Below, one piece after another: positions 1-9,623 of a DNA stretch of 23,484 nt. This stretch comes from a bacterium (GTDB lineage Bacteria; Zhuqueibacterota; Zhuqueibacteria; Residuimicrobiales; Krinioviventaceae). The stretch is from positions 1 through 23,484 of the forward strand of contig CAXXFV010000024.1 in assembly GCA_963674595.2 (NCBI GenBank), read 5' to 3'. Below the pieces are notes generated by a model. The model worked only from the letters and a program-made list of their open reading frames with translations, was not told the origin of the DNA and ran no database searches. The position numbers were made by a program, and so were the translations under genes. Position 1 is the stretch's first letter, and the number at the start of each line of letters is the position of its first letter.

Positions 1-2897
1 TCATGAAACATCAGGTCCCAGGTACGCGTGCCGGCATGGCCGATAAAATTGGTCCAAACAACGCCGTTATTCATAGCATCTAAAATATCCTGCCGATGCT
101 CTCCCTCCTTGTATCCCTGACTTTCCTTGCTGATTAGAATCACCTTTCCAAAAGTCGGGGCCGCATTTACATACTCGTTAATGATTGTATTTGACTGATT
201 TTTAAAAGCGGTTTGCTCAAAGGTGTCGAATCCACCGGTAATAAACAAAAATGTTTTCTTCCAGGAATCGGAAGGTGTTGCTTCATAATCCATAATTTTA
301 TCCAGCACCGCATCACCCTGATCTGCCGTACTGACCGGAAAACGTCCGACATTTAAATTTGGTAAAATCTCATCATCATTAAAATAGGTAAACCATAAAT
401 CACAGACCGGGCTGCCATAGGAAGGCACATAATCAATATTCGTTGTTGATGACATGTTCTGTTTGGGATCAAGGCAGGCATCTCCAAACAAAACCAGGTA
501 TTTCGGTGCAGGCAATTGCCAGTTTTCAAAAGCATATTGTACAAAATCTTTGATAGCCTGAGGGTCTTTGATCCCATAATTAAATTCATCATAAATATCC
601 GCCACATCAGCAACCAGGGTTCGAAATCCGTTTTGGGCTTGACGATATTGAGCTAATCTTTGTGCCTGTTGATTAAACTTTTCATGTGTTACAATAATGT
701 AATCAGCACCATTATCTGCAAATGCCAGGCGGCTTGTATTATCTTTAATAACAACCGGTTTTTTTAATGAACTAAAATCGAAAACAGAAAAGGACTTTTC
801 CTGTAAAGACGAATCAGCAAAAACAACTCCATAAGAAGAGCCGCCATTTTGAAATAGAACTGATCTTGTTACCTGGGCCATACCATTCCCGGATGTTTTG
901 AAGCATTTCCGGAACAGTACCGGGCAGAGCACCTTTTTGACCGATGATGGCCCAGGAATCACGGGAACCCAGCTCCCGGATTTTTGAACTCCCTATTTGT
1001 TCCAAAGCCACAAAGGCCGAATCATTCAACATCCGGCTTCCTTCATCTCTCACGGCAGCAAGCACAATACTGTTCTCGGGAAGTTGGCTGATCATTAAGG
1101 CAAGAGTGTCCGCGTTTTCGGACGCCAGATAGGTGTCAAAATTCCTTGCAAATATAACAGTCCCGCTGTCCGAATCCAGGGCAACGACATTCACACCCCG
1201 TTTACCGAGAGATAGCAGGCCCCCATTCATATAAAAATAGGCATAATTTCCATCCAGATAACCGGCAGACTGAACATCAAATTCGGCTTTCCAAATTTTA
1301 CCTTTCTTTTCCGGTTGAACCAGGCGTTCTTCATTTTTATCCAGAATAAATAATGAATCGGAATCAAAATCGTTCACAAGAAAAGCAGTTACAGAAGGTG
1401 GTTCATCTATTTCAAAATCAAGTTGTCCGTTTTGTGCTTGAAACAAACGCTGATAATCACATTCAACCCAATCGATATAAAACTGTGATAGTGTAGCTTC
1501 CGTATCATCAATCGATAGAATTTCAAGCTTGTTGCCGCTTTTTTTTAACAAATCAGCCGGTGCGCTAAAAGCAGGTATTTTATCTTCGCGGTCATCAAAA
1601 TAAAAATCATAAAGTGTTTCATTATTAACAACAAAACGGGCATGATGGTCCGGTGTTTTTGGATCATAAGTCGTACCCCGAACTCTTATCCTGAAACGGA
1701 CGGAATCACTGTCAGAGGCAAGCCCCGGCAAATCAAACGTTATTCTTGCTGTTGAGCCCGGATACATATGAAGGAACCAAACCCAATCTTCTCCCGACAC
1801 CTTTTCGGTTTCGTGAATATCTGAATCATTATCACCGTTATGATAAGCTTTGTCTTCTTCAAGATGCAAAGTATAAAAGAACGAGGGTTCCGTATCGGCA
1901 TCCGTTTTATAGGATGGATCAACCACAAAACGTTTTTTCCGAAGGTCCGTCCCAGCTTAACCAGTAAACATTCGTGTCGCTATAGGCTTGATAAAACTGG
2001 TCCTCACCAGCCAATCGTTCTCCGTAAAAAACAATAGTACTGTTTTCGTCAAATCCATCGTCCGCATCAAAAATATAACAGGATTGTTCCATCCCTTTAT
2101 TAAAAATCCGAATATTATCTGTTTGAATTCCAAAAAGATCAACACCGGCGGCGGCAAGCTCGTGACCTGAAACACCATAAACACCGCTTTCAACGACATA
2201 TAGTTTGACAGGTTTGGTATCTGCTTTCGCCGTGAATGTAACATTTGATTTTAATTTTTGGCGGGAAAGTAAATCAGTGTCATTGTTTTGTTGTTTAAAA
2301 AAACCCACTACCCTTTAATAAAACAATATCATTTTCATTGGTGGCATTTTCCCTGTTAGGGACAAATAATTCCAGCTTAATATAACGTAAATGTTTAACA
2401 ATTCCCTGCCCGGCAAAATATTTCAAAGGATGTACGGCAAGACGTGAAAGGTTTTGCGAGCGATATTGTGTTTTTACAAACTGAATAAACGAGGATACTA
2501 ATAAATCTTTATTTTCTGTAGAGTTTTGTTCAGAACTGTTATTTGATTCAGGGAAAGGGGAAGCAGCATGATAAAGTTCTGAAACCGGGACATCAACCGA
2601 TACGGAATCCAGAATACGAATTTTAGTATTCTCGGGTGTTTTTAACAAAAACGCATCAACAGGAAGAACGGGTTGGTTTGGCAAATAAAGCAGAGGCAAA
2701 TCTCCACACCTGGGCCGCATGACCTGATTTTCACCGTCATCTATTGTTTCCCATTCCAGGTCTGGACTTGTCCATTCCAGGACAAGATTTCCGGCGCCGG
2801 AACGAATAATATTTATTCGTTCCCCGGCAAAAACCGATAAAGCCCCCAAAATTATAAACAAAAAAACTATTTTCGATTTAATCATTTCATAAGACAT
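1..2897 (-). CDS. PorU/gingipain-like C25 family cysteine peptidase with ILEI domain; three apparent frameshifts, 3'-truncated by the window edge
   Basis: Manual joining of ORFs 2295..2897, 1919..2308 and 814..1926 plus an unlisted open frame from about 895 to base 1. Order: signal peptide, C25 propeptide-like region, PorU-like VKLYVVESGVY...IVFYGE...YSDTNVYWLSW, ILEI, then the C25 core ADYIIVTH...LAQYR...VADIYDEFNYG...AIKDF...PKYLVLFGDA...VGRFPV...NFIGHAG (His codon at 36-38). Removing one base each at A7 2297-2303, T6 1933-1938 and T4 896-899 gives one continuous frame. Confidence 0.85.
925..1285 (-). other. ILEI/PANDER (GG-type lectin-like) domain within the C25 protein
   Basis: SAGYLDGNYA...GKRGVNVVALDSDSGTVIFARNFDTY...LPENSIVLAAVRDEGS...LEQIGSSKIRELGSRDSWAIIGQKG matches the ILEI pattern (RGxNvv...FDT...DEgS...lGS...l.fRdsWa.iG.kG). 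Boundaries are approximate. Confidence 0.8.
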
Positions 2898-2903
2898 ACG
2901 TTG

Positions 2904-3896
2904 TTATGGCGCTGTTATAAAAGGTTGAAACAATTTAACTTCTGTATGAATTCCCTGTGCAAATAAAAATGCAATAACTCCGAGAACAATAGTTACACCA
3001 ACCATAAACAGAGCGGCGCCTGCCTGGCTTAATCCCAGCTTGACCAAACGATGATGAATATGCTCACGGTCAGCATGAAACGGATGGATACCTTTTCGTA
3101 TACGGCGAATAATGGCAAGCAACGTATCGGTAATCGGCAATCCCAATAACAACAGCGGGACAATAACGGCAACTTTGCCGGGGGTTATGGCTGCCGCATT
3201 AAAGGTGATACACGCGAGTAAAAATCCCAACGGCAAACTACCGGAATCACCCATAAATATGGATGCCGGGAAAAAATTATAGCGCAGAAACCCGATCACA
3301 GCACCGGCTACCAGCACAGCCACAAAAACCAGCCAGGTATGTCCAAACAGGGCGGCAATGGCCGCTGAAATAAGAGAAATGACAATAACAATGCCCGGCG
3401 CCAGACCGTCGAGTCCGTCTATCATATTAATGGCGTTTACAATTCCGACAATCCAGAATATGCTGACAGGATAGGTAAAATACCCAAGCCCCAGTTCCAG
3501 GGCCGAAGGCAATACGATTGTCTCAATACGCCATCCGGACAGTACAGCCAGAGTTGCAACAATAAACTCGATTGATATTTTTAAATTACAGCCAAGGTCC
3601 ATTTTATCATCAATTGTACCCATGATAAATAAAACCATCATTCCAAAAGTCAATGTTAAAAGCTGAGCCTGCCACTGAGAAAAAATTTCAGGCTGCATAT
3701 ACCATATAACCAACAACGTAGCTATAAACGCGAGGATAATGGCTCCACCTCCCAGTTTTGGGGTGATGCCGGAATGCATGGTGCGATGGTTCACATGGGC
3801 AAAAACTTTCCATCTGTAGGCCAACTTCCGCATCAAGGGTGTTATCAGCAATGCAAAGACAATCGAAATTGCAAAATATCCCCATAGTTCTATCAT
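2904..3896 (-). CDS. wecA: Undecaprenyl-phosphate HexNAc-1-phosphate transferase (WecA/TagO, MraY-like family)
   Basis: Multi-TM protein with TPKLGGGAI, GTIDDK, NAINMIDGLDGLA, FLRYNFFPASIFMGDSGS and ADREHIHHRL motifs; AGAGGG RBS upstream. Confidence 0.9.
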   Translation of the reverse strand: MIELWGYFAISIVFALLITPLMRKLAYRWKVFAHVNHRTMHSGITPKLGGGAIILAFIATLLVIWYMQPEIFSQWQAQLLTLTFGMMVLFIMGTIDDKMDLGCNLKISIEFIVATLAVLSGWRIETIVLPSALELGLGYFTYPVSIFWIVGIVNAINMIDGLDGLAPGIVIVISLISAAIAALFGHTWLVFVAVLVAGAVIGFLRYNFFPASIFMGDSGSLPLGFLLACITFNAAAITPGKVAVIVPLLLLGLPITDTLLAIIRRIRKGIHPFHADREHIHHRLVKLGLSQAGAALFMVGVTIVLGVIAFLFAQGIHTEVKLFQPFITAP

Positions 3897-3946
3897 ATTC
3901 TTTACCCTCTGTTTAATTCATTAACAGCCCAGCATAGCTCACAAAT

Positions 3947-5116
3947 TTAGATGCAACAATCAAAGGTGCTATACACTTTTTCAATTTGTTCAACCATTTT
4001 TTCAATCATCCAATCTTCCGTAACATAAGACTGGCCCAGTTTTCCCATATCCTTTGCTTTATCAATATCATTAATTAAATATTCACACTTTTCTCTAAGG
4101 CTATCCGTATCTTTTAACGGAACAACAAATCCATTGACTTTATTTTTTACCAGCTCTTGAGCGCCTTCAATATCAAATGTTACAATAGGTTTTCCTAAAG
4201 CGGCAGCCTGAACAAGCACTCGTGGTAAGCCTTCCCATAAAGAAGTCAATACAAAAATATCAATTGCGCTCATGACCTGTTCTATATCATTTCGGTGACC
4301 AAGAAAAATAACATTGCCGTTTAATCCGATATTTTTACAATAGTTTTTCAAAAATTCATACTGGTCACCGTCACCGGCTAAAAGAACTTTAACGGCATGT
4401 CCATTATAATTCATTTTAGCAATTGCATCAAACAAAAAAATATGCCCTTTTCGGTGCTCCAGACGAGAGGCTGAACCGATAACAATATCATTTGGACTTA
4501 TATTGTACTGATTTCTAACTAACAAATTATTTTGTTTTATTTGTTCATCCGAAAGCAAAAATCGATCTATATGAAATCCGCTTCGTATCGTAACATAATC
4601 AATTTCACTGCCCACACCTGCTAAAATGTACCGTTTTTTAAGATCATTTCCTACGGTAATGATTTTGTCTGTCACTTTTGCAGCAAGACGCTCCAAATAT
4701 AAATATACCTTATTGTGAACCGGATGAAGATTGTCATGAAATGTAGAACCGTGTAATGTGTGAACAATCACCGGAACACGACAAAGAAAAGCTGCAAATC
4801 GTCCCAGCATTCCGGCTTTTGCCGTATGCGTATGAACGATATGATATTTATTCTTACGTATTATCCTGACTATTTTAAAAAAACATATTAAATCTTTAAC
4901 AAAAGACAGCTCTCTTACCAATTCCGGAATGACAAAAATCCGACAACTGTTAATTTGACTAATTTGTTGCTCTTCTGATTGAATTCCTATAATTAAATCA
5001 ACATCGTATTTATTTTTATCAAGTCCTTCAACCGTATAAATAGTATTTTCATCAGCACCGCCTCTTATCAGTCGGGTGATGATATGCAATACTCTGATTT
5101 TTTTATTTCTATTCAA
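3947..5116 (-). CDS. Glycosyltransferase family 4 (GT-B)
   Basis: VLHIITRLIRGGA, HTHTAKAGMLGR, VHTLHG and FVLTSLWEGLPRVLVQA motifs; TTG start with AAAGGA upstream. Confidence 0.9.
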   Translation of the reverse strand: MNRNKKIRVLHIITRLIRGGADENTIYTVEGLDKNKYDVDLIIGIQSEEQQISQINSCRIFVIPELVRELSFVKDLICFFKIVRIIRKNKYHIVHTHTAKAGMLGRFAAFLCRVPVIVHTLHGSTFHDNLHPVHNKVYLYLERLAAKVTDKIITVGNDLKKRYILAGVGSEIDYVTIRSGFHIDRFLLSDEQIKQNNLLVRNQYNISPNDIVIGSASRLEHRKGHIFLFDAIAKMNYNGHAVKVLLAGDGDQYEFLKNYCKNIGLNGNVIFLGHRNDIEQVMSAIDIFVLTSLWEGLPRVLVQAAALGKPIVTFDIEGAQELVKNKVNGFVVPLKDTDSLREKCEYLINDIDKAKDMGKLGQSYVTEDWMIEKMVEQIEKVYSTFDCCI

Positions 5117-5143
5117 GCTGCTGCTATTCCTTTCAACACAACA

Positions 5144-6247
5144 TCAGTTATTCATCATCATGCTGTCGTACAATTTCTCATGGTTCTGAATCATATTATC
5201 GATTGAAAAACTTTTTGCTTTTAATAAACCATTATTACTTGTTTTTTCATAAAGCATTTCATTTTCATAAATTTTTAAAATTGCTTCTTCCAACTCGATT
5301 TCATTTCCGGGATTAATCAAAAGCCCGTTGATGCCGTCTTGAATCAATTCAGGAATGCCTCCAACATTGGTTGCTATTACAGGTATTCCCATAGCCATTG
5401 CTTCAAGCACTACAATACCTAATCCCTCTTCCAGAGACGGTAACACAAAAATATCCAATGAACTTAAATATTCCGCAACACGATCCTGACTGTTTTCAAA
5501 CTCTATCCATAAAATATTATCGCTTGTTACATTCCATTTTCTATTAACACCTGCACAAAATTGAAATTTTTTCAAACTTTTCATTTTATCAGCACACTTT
5601 GAAAACGTTAAAAATCCTTTTCGGGGATCATTTCTCATCAAGGTGCCAATTAAAACAGTTTTTTTATCAAACAAGTGTCTCTTTTTAGCATGTTTGTATC
5701 GTTGCGGATCAAAAATATGTAAATTTATACCATTATAAATAGTATTAACTTTTGTTTTCTCAAGAGATGGATTCTTTTCTAAAATAATATTTTTAATAGC
5801 ATTTGACACGGTAATTATTTTTTTTCCAATTCTCAGGTAAAAATTTGTTGCAAGTTTATAAAACCAAAAATTACTACTATATATAGTCGTATTATGTTCA
5901 GTTGACACAATATTTTGCACACCAGCAAACAATGCCGCACAAGATGAAAAAAAACTTGCCATACATAAATGTGAATGAACGATATCTATTTTATATTTTT
6001 TAATACTCCTATAAATACTAATTATAGCTCTAATATCGCCTTTAAACATGGGTTTAAAATCAACAACTTTTATACCAAACCTCATTAATTCCTTTTGTAA
6101 TTCATTATTAGTAATAAAGTTCAGGTTTAAAACATGAATTTCATACTTTTTGCTCAAAAAAAAAGCCAAATTGCATACAATTCTTTGAGCACCTCCAATA
6201 CTCAAATCATTAATAACATATAGTATTTTTACTTTTTTCCTAAACAT
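5144..6247 (-). CDS. Glycosyltransferase family 4 (GT-B)
   Basis: ILYVINDLSIGGAQ, IYNGI and FVLPSLEEGLGIVVLEAMAMGIPVIATNVGGIPE (EX7E motif). Confidence 0.9.
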   Translation of the reverse strand: MFRKKVKILYVINDLSIGGAQRIVCNLAFFLSKKYEIHVLNLNFITNNELQKELMRFGIKVVDFKPMFKGDIRAIISIYRSIKKYKIDIVHSHLCMASFFSSCAALFAGVQNIVSTEHNTTIYSSNFWFYKLATNFYLRIGKKIITVSNAIKNIILEKNPSLEKTKVNTIYNGINLHIFDPQRYKHAKKRHLFDKKTVLIGTLMRNDPRKGFLTFSKCADKMKSLKKFQFCAGVNRKWNVTSDNILWIEFENSQDRVAEYLSSLDIFVLPSLEEGLGIVVLEAMAMGIPVIATNVGGIPELIQDGINGLLINPGNEIELEEAILKIYENEMLYEKTSNNGLLKAKSFSIDNMIQNHEKLYDSMMMNN

Positions 6248-6261
6248 TAATTTAAAAACAC

Positions 6262-6912
6262 CTATTTCTTTTGACCTAAAAAGTATACGCCGCCATTTAG
6301 TATTTTTAAATTTGGTGCTTTTTTCACAAAAATATCAAAATATTTTAACCAAAAGAATAACCAGCCAACTATAAATTCATAAGCTAGTTGAAATTTTCTG
6401 CTTTTTGAAAAGATCAAACCAAATTTTCGAATGTACCAAACCAACACAGAAAACGGACCAATACATACGCCGGAATCTAAACAATCAAATGTAGTAAACT
6501 CTTTTTTTACACCGGCAAGTGTATATCTGCGAAAGTCATCACCTTCATAAAAATGTTCTGCTTGTAAAAACGGAACTTCAATATAAATATATCCTAATTT
6601 TTTCAAAACCCGATATAGTTCATTAACTATATTTTTAGGATCCGATACATGCTCTAATAACGCACTGCACACAATAATGTCTACACTATTATCTTTAATT
6701 GGTAAAAAAAATGCATTGCCTGTGACATGAATTTTATCAATTTTTCGAATATCAATATTAATTATACCAGGAACAAGAATACGGCTTCCTGAACCAACAT
6801 CAATGATTTTTTGATCATTTTTCGCATGTCTTTTTAACCAGGTCCTTACAAATTTATTTTGATAATTGTAAGAAGGACTGGGAGGAAAAAATATTTTTAA
6901 TGTTTCAACCAT
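6262..6912 (-). CDS. Class I SAM-dependent methyltransferase (Methyltransf_11-like)
   Basis: IIDVGSGS motif I, LPIKDNSVD, LLEHV.DP...ELYRVLK..GYIYIEVPF, DFRRYT. Confidence 0.85.
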   Translation of the reverse strand: MVETLKIFFPPSPSYNYQNKFVRTWLKRHAKNDQKIIDVGSGSRILVPGIINIDIRKIDKIHVTGNAFFLPIKDNSVDIIVCSALLEHVSDPKNIVNELYRVLKKLGYIYIEVPFLQAEHFYEGDDFRRYTLAGVKKEFTTFDCLDSGVCIGPFSVLVWYIRKFGLIFSKSRKFQLAYEFIVGWLFFWLKYFDIFVKKAPNLKILNGGVYFLGQKK

Positions 6913-6914
6913 AT

Positions 6915-7860
6915 CTAGTTTAAACTCGATATTTTAAATACTGATATTCTTTTTAATGCAACAATATAACTATCCAGAATCGGTTTAATTTTAGCAGGAC
7001 GTGCACAATATACAGGCAACAAAAATAAAATTTTAAATAAAGAAGATATGATAAATCCTGTCTTTAATTTTTTTGCCGTTGTGTCGCCATAATACTTTTA
7101 AAAAACTGTAATTTTGAAATATAACCGCTAATAACGGCTGTTTTTCGGGTTTTCTTGATGATTGTCCTTCATAATGTATTACTGTAGAAACCGGATTAAA
7201 AATTATTTCATATCCCAAAGATTGAGCCCGCAGGCATAAATCAACATCTTCAGCATACATTAACAAACTTTCATCAAATCCACCCAGTTTATTTAATAGA
7301 TCATGTCTGATCATTAAACTCGCACCAGACACCCAGTCAACAGCCTTAATATCCTGTAAATCCAAATCCTTATATCTATAACTCTTGAAGAGAAACGGCA
7401 AAAAGCGTGGAATCAAAAAGATTTCCAACAAAGTTGTATATAATGTCGGTTTTTTACCAACTGAATATTGAATATGTCCATTGCCAAATATTAATCGTGG
7501 GCCACAAACACCAACATTCTGCATTTTCCTCATAAAATCAACAAGTTTGGCAAGTGTGTTTTTTTCGCTTAACTCAGTATCCGGATTTAAAAACAAAACA
7601 AACTCACCGTTTACATCATTTAAAACCTGATTATTCCCTGCAGCAAATCCTTTATTTTCAATATTTCCAATAATTTTTAAATTTTCACGATTTTGAAATT
7701 TTTTATTCAGATGCTCAACAGTACCATCTGATGAATTATTATCAATTAAAAATATTTCAAAATTGATTTCATTTTCAAAAGAATACACGGATTCGATACA
7801 TTTTTTAACCAAATCAAGAACATTATAACTTACAATTACTATAGAAAGATCAACACTCAC
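6915..7860 (-). CDS. Glycosyltransferase family 2 (GT-A, rhamnosyltransferase-like subfamily); two apparent frameshifts near the 3' end
   Basis: LSIVIVSYN, IDNNSSDGT, NKGFAAGNN, FLNPDT, VDWVSGASL, YAEDVDLCLR and HYEGQS. The ORF track ends it at 7033. Adding one base near 7141-7153 and one near 7096-7105 restores ...SKLQFFKKYYG... and a TAG at 6915-6917, 2 nt before the next ATG. Confidence 0.85.
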
Positions 7861-8971
7861 TCTTTACCTCAAAGGATTTCATCAAAGTTAAAATCAAACC
7901 AAATATTATTGCCATAAAAAAACGAAAGTGACCGGCAATATAACCGATTGTTATAGTAATAACAAAAGTAAAAAATACCAGTTGCAAGCCTTTAATATAG
8001 TTGCTAATTAGTGGACTTTTAACTTTTAATAGAATATAAACCAACGAAATCAATACCAGCAAAAACGAACAAAAACCAACAACTCCACATTCTGCCAAAA
8101 GCTGTAAAAAAAAGTTATGCGGTGTCAAAGTGGAAAATTCTTTTGTACGTATAATATCCCACTGACCGGTTTTTACAAGAAATGAGGCATAATTTTCAGC
8201 GCCAATACCAAAAATCGGACTTGACTTGAAAGCATCCAATGCAACCTTTGCCATACCAAAACGTTCAATATTGCTTGCACTTTGCGGATCAACAGCTGAT
8301 ATTAATCTCCAGCTTAATAATATTTGAACAGGTTTATAGCTTATTATAAAAACAAAAAACAAACTTAATGCTGCTAAAAGCAGCATTTTTTTCTTCGCAT
8401 ACCACTTTTTAAACAAAATCAGCAAACTAGGAAAAAGTGCAAGCCAAGCACCTCGTGAAAAAGATAAAAATACAGCTACCAGGCATAAAAAAAGAATAAA
8501 TAAAACATCTTTACGAAAGTTTTCCATAAAAGGAAACAACAGCGTAAAAGCAAAGAGCGGTTCATATCCTGAAAAAATACGGTATTGATTAAAAGCAATA
8601 GAACCTAATAAAAGTTTTAAATATACCAGCAATGGAAATCCTAAAGCGCCTACCAAGAGTACAATATAAATAAACTTGAACTTTCGTATAGAGTCAATCC
8701 AAAAAAAGATCAAAAATGTTAAAAGAAAAACCTCAAACCATTTTATCAAAGCTTTAACTACAAGACTTTGGTTAAAAGCCATCAACATAGAAACAGCAAT
8801 CGTAGAAAGAAAACAAATAGACCCTATCAAGTAAAACAATAATGGTCCTGAATCAATAACTTTAAATTTCAATCCTTTAGTTTGAATTGAATGAAAAGCA
8901 GCAAAAACCAAAAATATTAATAATGGTATTTCAAAAATATGAAATGTTATGTTAAAAACTTTAATAATCAT
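7850..8971 (-). CDS. O-antigen ligase / Wzy polymerase family membrane protein (Wzy_C-like)
   Basis: About ten hydrophobic segments; SFSRGAWLA, SNIERF, SPIFGIGAENY and PHNFFLQLLAECGVVG motifs. Confidence 0.8.
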   Translation of the reverse strand: MIIKVFNITFHIFEIPLLIFLVFAAFHSIQTKGLKFKVIDSGPLLFYLIGSICFLSTIAVSMLMAFNQSLVVKALIKWFEVFLLTFLIFFWIDSIRKFKFIYIVLLVGALGFPLLVYLKLLLGSIAFNQYRIFSGYEPLFAFTLLFPFMENFRKDVLFILFLCLVAVFLSFSRGAWLALFPSLLILFKKWYAKKKMLLLAALSLFFVFIISYKPVQILLSWRLISAVDPQSASNIERFGMAKVALDAFKSSPIFGIGAENYASFLVKTGQWDIIRTKEFSTLTPHNFFLQLLAECGVVGFCSFLLVLISLVYILLKVKSPLISNYIKGLQLVFFTFVITITIGYIAGHFRFFMAIIFGLILTLMKSFEVKSEC

Positions 8972-8993
8972 ATTTTAATTCGACCAACTATTA

Positions 8994-9623
8994 TTAATAA
9001 ATATTTGAAGAAATTAGAAACTGATATGCCAAAAGACCTTTAAATGATTTTAAAGTTATAAAATTAATTATCTTTAATTCCAATCCCATTTTGCTTTTAA
9101 TTACTATTCTTTCAAATCCTGCATTATGAAACATTTGTTTAATCGAACGATAAGTAAAAAACCTCAAATGGGTCTTGTCGAGCGTACCGCCGTCTTTGTA
9201 TTCCCAGCGGCCGGCAAAAAGTTTAAACAGGGTTTTAAAGTGCTGTACATTTGGAATACTGGCCAGTAAATACCCGTCGGGTTTTAAAAAACTTCGATAA
9301 CGTTCTAGTGTGTTCCAGGGATCAACCAAATGCTCCAATACATCTGCCATAAGTATCAAATCAAACTGTTTTTCTTTAAACGGCAGTATCTCGGCATCGG
9401 CGGAAATATTATAAACTTTGTCCAAAACATTTTCAGCTTTTTGGGCGATTTCACTTTGCAACTCTATCCCGACAACATTTTGAACACCAAAATCGGTCTT
9501 CAAAAGCTCACCGGTTTTTCCGACTCCGCAACCAACATCAAGCGCATTGTCAATTTTTACATGGTCCGGCAGCAATGATAACAAATCATCGCGTACCCAT
9601 CCGTAATATTTGTCACCATTCAT
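8994..9623 (-). CDS. Class I SAM-dependent methyltransferase (polysaccharide-locus type)
   Basis: ALDVGCGVG, FDLILMADVLEHLVDP, LKPDGYLLASIPNV and LDKTHLRFFT; ATGA-type overlap with the wzx stop. Confidence 0.88.
   Translation of the reverse strand: MNGDKYYGWVRDDLLSLLPDHVKIDNALDVGCGVGKTGELLKTDFGVQNVVGIELQSEIAQKAENVLDKVYNISADAEILPFKEKQFDLILMADVLEHLVDPWNTLERYRSFLKPDGYLLASIPNVQHFKTLFKLFAGRWEYKDGGTLDKTHLRFFTYRSIKQMFHNAGFERIVIKSKMGLELKIINFITLKSFKGLLAYQFLISSNIY

Noticed and set aside
167-613. ORFs 167..352 and 353..613 (-)
   Set aside because: Off-frame shadows of the C25 catalytic frame, which is open from about 895 to base 1.
944-2244. Short ORFs 944..1132, 1740..1928, 1746..1967, 1840..2037, 1957..2244 and 1988..2170
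   Set aside because: Antisense or alternate-frame overlaps of the C25 gene with no recognisable motifs.
896-2303. Programmed frameshifting or phase variation in the C25 gene
   Set aside because: The runs are only 4-7 nt, three independent events would be required, and opposite-sign indels occur in the GT2 gene. Error is more parsimonious, though not proven.
2904-3896. mraY assignment
   Set aside because: The HIHH motif and polysaccharide context fit WecA, and there are no mur/fts neighbours.
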